Shown piece by piece: positions 62,231 through 64,000 of a stretch of DNA of 64,000 nt; the first letter of the stretch is position 1; every line of letters starts with the position of its first letter. The stretch comes from an uncultured archaeon. GTDB taxonomy: Archaea > Aenigmatarchaeota > Aenigmatarchaeia > CG10238-14 > SCSR01. The notes beneath the pieces were generated by a model. The model worked only from the letters and a program-made list of their open reading frames with translations. It had not been told where the DNA came from and ran no database searches. Made by a program: the position numbers and the translations under genes. The stretch lies in assembly GCA_964537835.1 (NCBI GenBank), contig CAZICS010000001.1, positions 54,275 through 118,274 on the forward strand. Direction: 5' to 3'.

Positions 62231-63727
62231 TTAAATTTTAATTTTTAATCCTGTTTCTTCAATTTCCTTAAGCAATTCTTCTTCCCCATACCTCTTACAA
62301 GCTCTTATAGCTTCGGCAAACCATGCTTGGGTAGATGGCTTTTGCTTTTCTAGAATTTTTTCAAAATCCTTTTGGGTTAATTTTCTTTTTCTCCCTCTAA
62401 TCAAATCCAATAAATTCTTTTTCTTCGATTTTTCAACTAGTAATTTCAAATCAGCACCGCTCCATCCTTCAGTCCTTTCAGCAATCCTTTCTATCAAATC
62501 ATCAACGCTCTCTACCATTTGCGTAGCAATCAAATCTCTCATATGAATCCTTAAAATCTCTTTTCTGGCCTCGTAGTCTGGAGGAGGGACGAATATTCTT
62601 TCATCAAACCTCCCAGGCCTCCTTATAGCTGGGTCTAAAAGCCAGGGTTTGTTGGTAGCTCCTAACAGAGAAAATTTTCTTTCAGAGTTTATACCATCCA
62701 ACTGTTGCAAAAACTCATTCTTTATTCTCTCATCATAAGAAGAGCCCCCTCTTTTCATGTAAACATCCAGTTCATCGAGAAAAATTATACAATTATCCTC
62801 TTTTTCCCTTGCATAATCAAAAATCGATGAAATTACTCTAAGAGAATTTGCTGAATAGCGTTTAATTAGGTCGCTAACCCTTGGTGCTATAAACTTGCTT
62901 TTTGCTTCATTAGCTACTGCCTTAGCAAGCAAAGTTTTTCCACATCCAGGGGGACCATACAAAAGGATATTCCCGGGTTTTATGTCAAACTTTTCGTACA
63001 AACTTTTATAGAGAGTAGGATAAACTATGGAAATTCTCAACTCATTCTTAACTTCTTCCAACCCTCCTATATCTGAAAAGCTTATGCTCGGCCTTTCGCT
63101 AACTAATAATTTTTCGATTGGATTTTCTTTTTGTCGAGGTTTTAGTTCTGTATGCTGCTCTTCAAACTTTTTGTTTAAAGCCTGATAGAATTCCGAGTAT
63201 GGGTTTAAATCTAAGTACAGAATTCGATTTTGCGGCTTTGGCAATAAAATCTTGCTTAAGGTTTTTGAGTTATCTATTCGATCTAAGGCAAATTTTGCTA
63301 ACGGAAGAACTACATTATTCATTAAATCGTTCCTGATTATAACCCTATCGAGCTGATATTTTTCCAATTCTTTTTTCAATTGCTTTCCATCTATGAGCTT
63401 GATGTTATAGGTTAAAGCAAGGCTTAGAATGTTGTCGGAAAAATAAGAATTGGTTATCAAATGTGCTTCAGGGATTCTGCAATCATCTACAGCAGTCAAA
63501 AATCGAGAAAAATCGTCTAACCTTACAGGAGAGCCATTTAGAGAATACTTTGCCTCGAAAACCAAAACTTTCTTCCTATATTTTCCTTTAACGCAATATC
63601 CGTCAAACTCATGCTTTGCCCCACTCCTTCCTACCAAAGTTTTATTCAATTCTACTCTGAACCCCTTCCTCGTGTACAATTCAGCGAGCAAGACTTCAAA
63701 CTGATGAGCATAGCTCATCCTTTTCAT
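62231..63727 (-). CDS. Mrr-like PD-(D/E)xK restriction-endonuclease domain fused to a CDC48/Vps4-type AAA+ ATPase
   Basis: FEVLLAELY...GRSGAKHEFD...FEAKY...ITNSYFS...IKLIDG, then FSDIGGLEEVK, GPPGCGKT, IIFLDELD and ATNKPWLLDPAIRRPGRFD. SD spacing (GGAGGT) suits the second ATG (63718) better. Confidence 0.88.
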   Translation of the reverse strand: MKRMSYAHQFEVLLAELYTRKGFRVELNKTLVGRSGAKHEFDGYCVKGKYRKKVLVFEAKYSLNGSPVRLDDFSRFLTAVDDCRIPEAHLITNSYFSDNILSLALTYNIKLIDGKQLKKELEKYQLDRVIIRNDLMNNVVLPLAKFALDRIDNSKTLSKILLPKPQNRILYLDLNPYSEFYQALNKKFEEQHTELKPRQKENPIEKLLVSERPSISFSDIGGLEEVKNELRISIVYPTLYKSLYEKFDIKPGNILLYGPPGCGKTLLAKAVANEAKSKFIAPRVSDLIKRYSANSLRVISSIFDYAREKEDNCIIFLDELDVYMKRGGSSYDERIKNEFLQQLDGINSERKFSLLGATNKPWLLDPAIRRPGRFDERIFVPPPDYEARKEILRIHMRDLIATQMVESVDDLIERIAERTEGWSGADLKLLVEKSKKKNLLDLIRGRKRKLTQKDFEKILEKQKPSTQAWFAEAIRACKRYGEEELLKEIEETGLKIKI

Positions 63728-63872
63728 ACCTCCTCAAAAATCTTGAAAAATTTTCCAACTTTTCTCGAACAATTTCTCCGTAGAAATTTTTTAAATTATT
63801 AAAGCTTCCGACAGGATCGACTAAGAATAAGACTAAGTTTAAAAGATGAATTTTAAGTTCATACTTTTTCAT
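63696..63872 (-). CDS. Putative 58-aa small protein missing from the ORF track
   Basis: Read manually as MKKYELKIHLLNLVLFLVDPVGSFNNLKNFYGEIVREKLENFSRFLRRYEKDELCSSV. GGAGG lies 7 nt upstream of the ATG, and the ORF overlaps both neighbours. Confidence 0.4.
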   Translation of the reverse strand: MKKYELKIHLLNLVLFLVDPVGSFNNLKNFYGEIVREKLENFSRFLRRYEKDELCSSV

Positions 63873-63999
63873 TTCCCATCCTCCTTAAGATCTCCTCCAA
63901 CTTTTTAGCAAAACCTTCTCTCAGCCCTCTTTCTCTAGCCTTTTTATTTTTCTCAGCATAGACTTCCCCAGCAAGGACTGAAACAGCTCCTAAGCTTAA
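63859..63999 (-). CDS. 3' end of a gene running off the window
   Basis: Open frame ...LSLGAVSVLAGEVYAEKNKKARERGLREGFAKKLEEILRRMGNEKV-stop. Confidence 0.55.
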   Translation of the reverse strand, partial: LSLGAVSVLAGEVYAEKNKKARERGLREGFAKKLEEILRRMGNEKV

Positions 64000-64000
64000 A

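Noticed and set aside
47967..63802. Short overlapping ORFs opposite or within enzyme genes (e.g. 47967-48179, 51350-51583, 53887-54165, 56944-57240, 60303-60572, 63118-63336, 63450-63704, 63611-63802)
   Set aside because: Each overlaps a better supported gene with clear family motifs on the other strand.

Overview
Archaeal genomic window. Gene content (TrmB, geranylgeranyl reductase, cupin PGI, GH57s), K/E/I-rich proteins and compact overlapping genes suggest, by inference, a DPANN-type and possibly thermophilic lineage. Two thirds of it is one uninterrupted 42.7-kb gene (2458-45168, minus strand, 14,236 aa). Its order is: N-terminal winged-HTH, signal/TM segment, a Hint (intein-like) domain inserted into an Ig-like domain and lacking the +1 nucleophile, MG2-like/Ig-like domains, a Cys/Gly-rich unique domain, about 26 Cys-containing multi-domain repeats with higher-order periodicity, dense N-glycosylation sequons, a Cys motif plus Pro linker, a second TM and a cytoplasmic HerA/VirB4/FtsK-superfamily ATPase. 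It is followed by coiled-coil genes sharing a SHOCT/CdvA-like motif. It is preceded by a perfect 18-bp palindrome and a divergent HTH gene carrying quasi-periodic TGTCGA motifs. Together these form the best candidate for an undescribed system, possibly a self-processing cell-contact/translocation apparatus. The rest holds an isoprenoid-tailoring cluster (two UbiA, GGR, Fe-S-like and membrane proteins), an alpha-glucan cluster (two GH57, debranching enzyme, GT4, cupin PGI, TrmB) and a co-oriented block with an Mrr-like nuclease-AAA+ fusion and a HEXXH protein (possible defence or effector locus). No rRNA, tRNA, CRISPR array or transposase was recognised. All assignments come from motif reading by eye; no searches were run.
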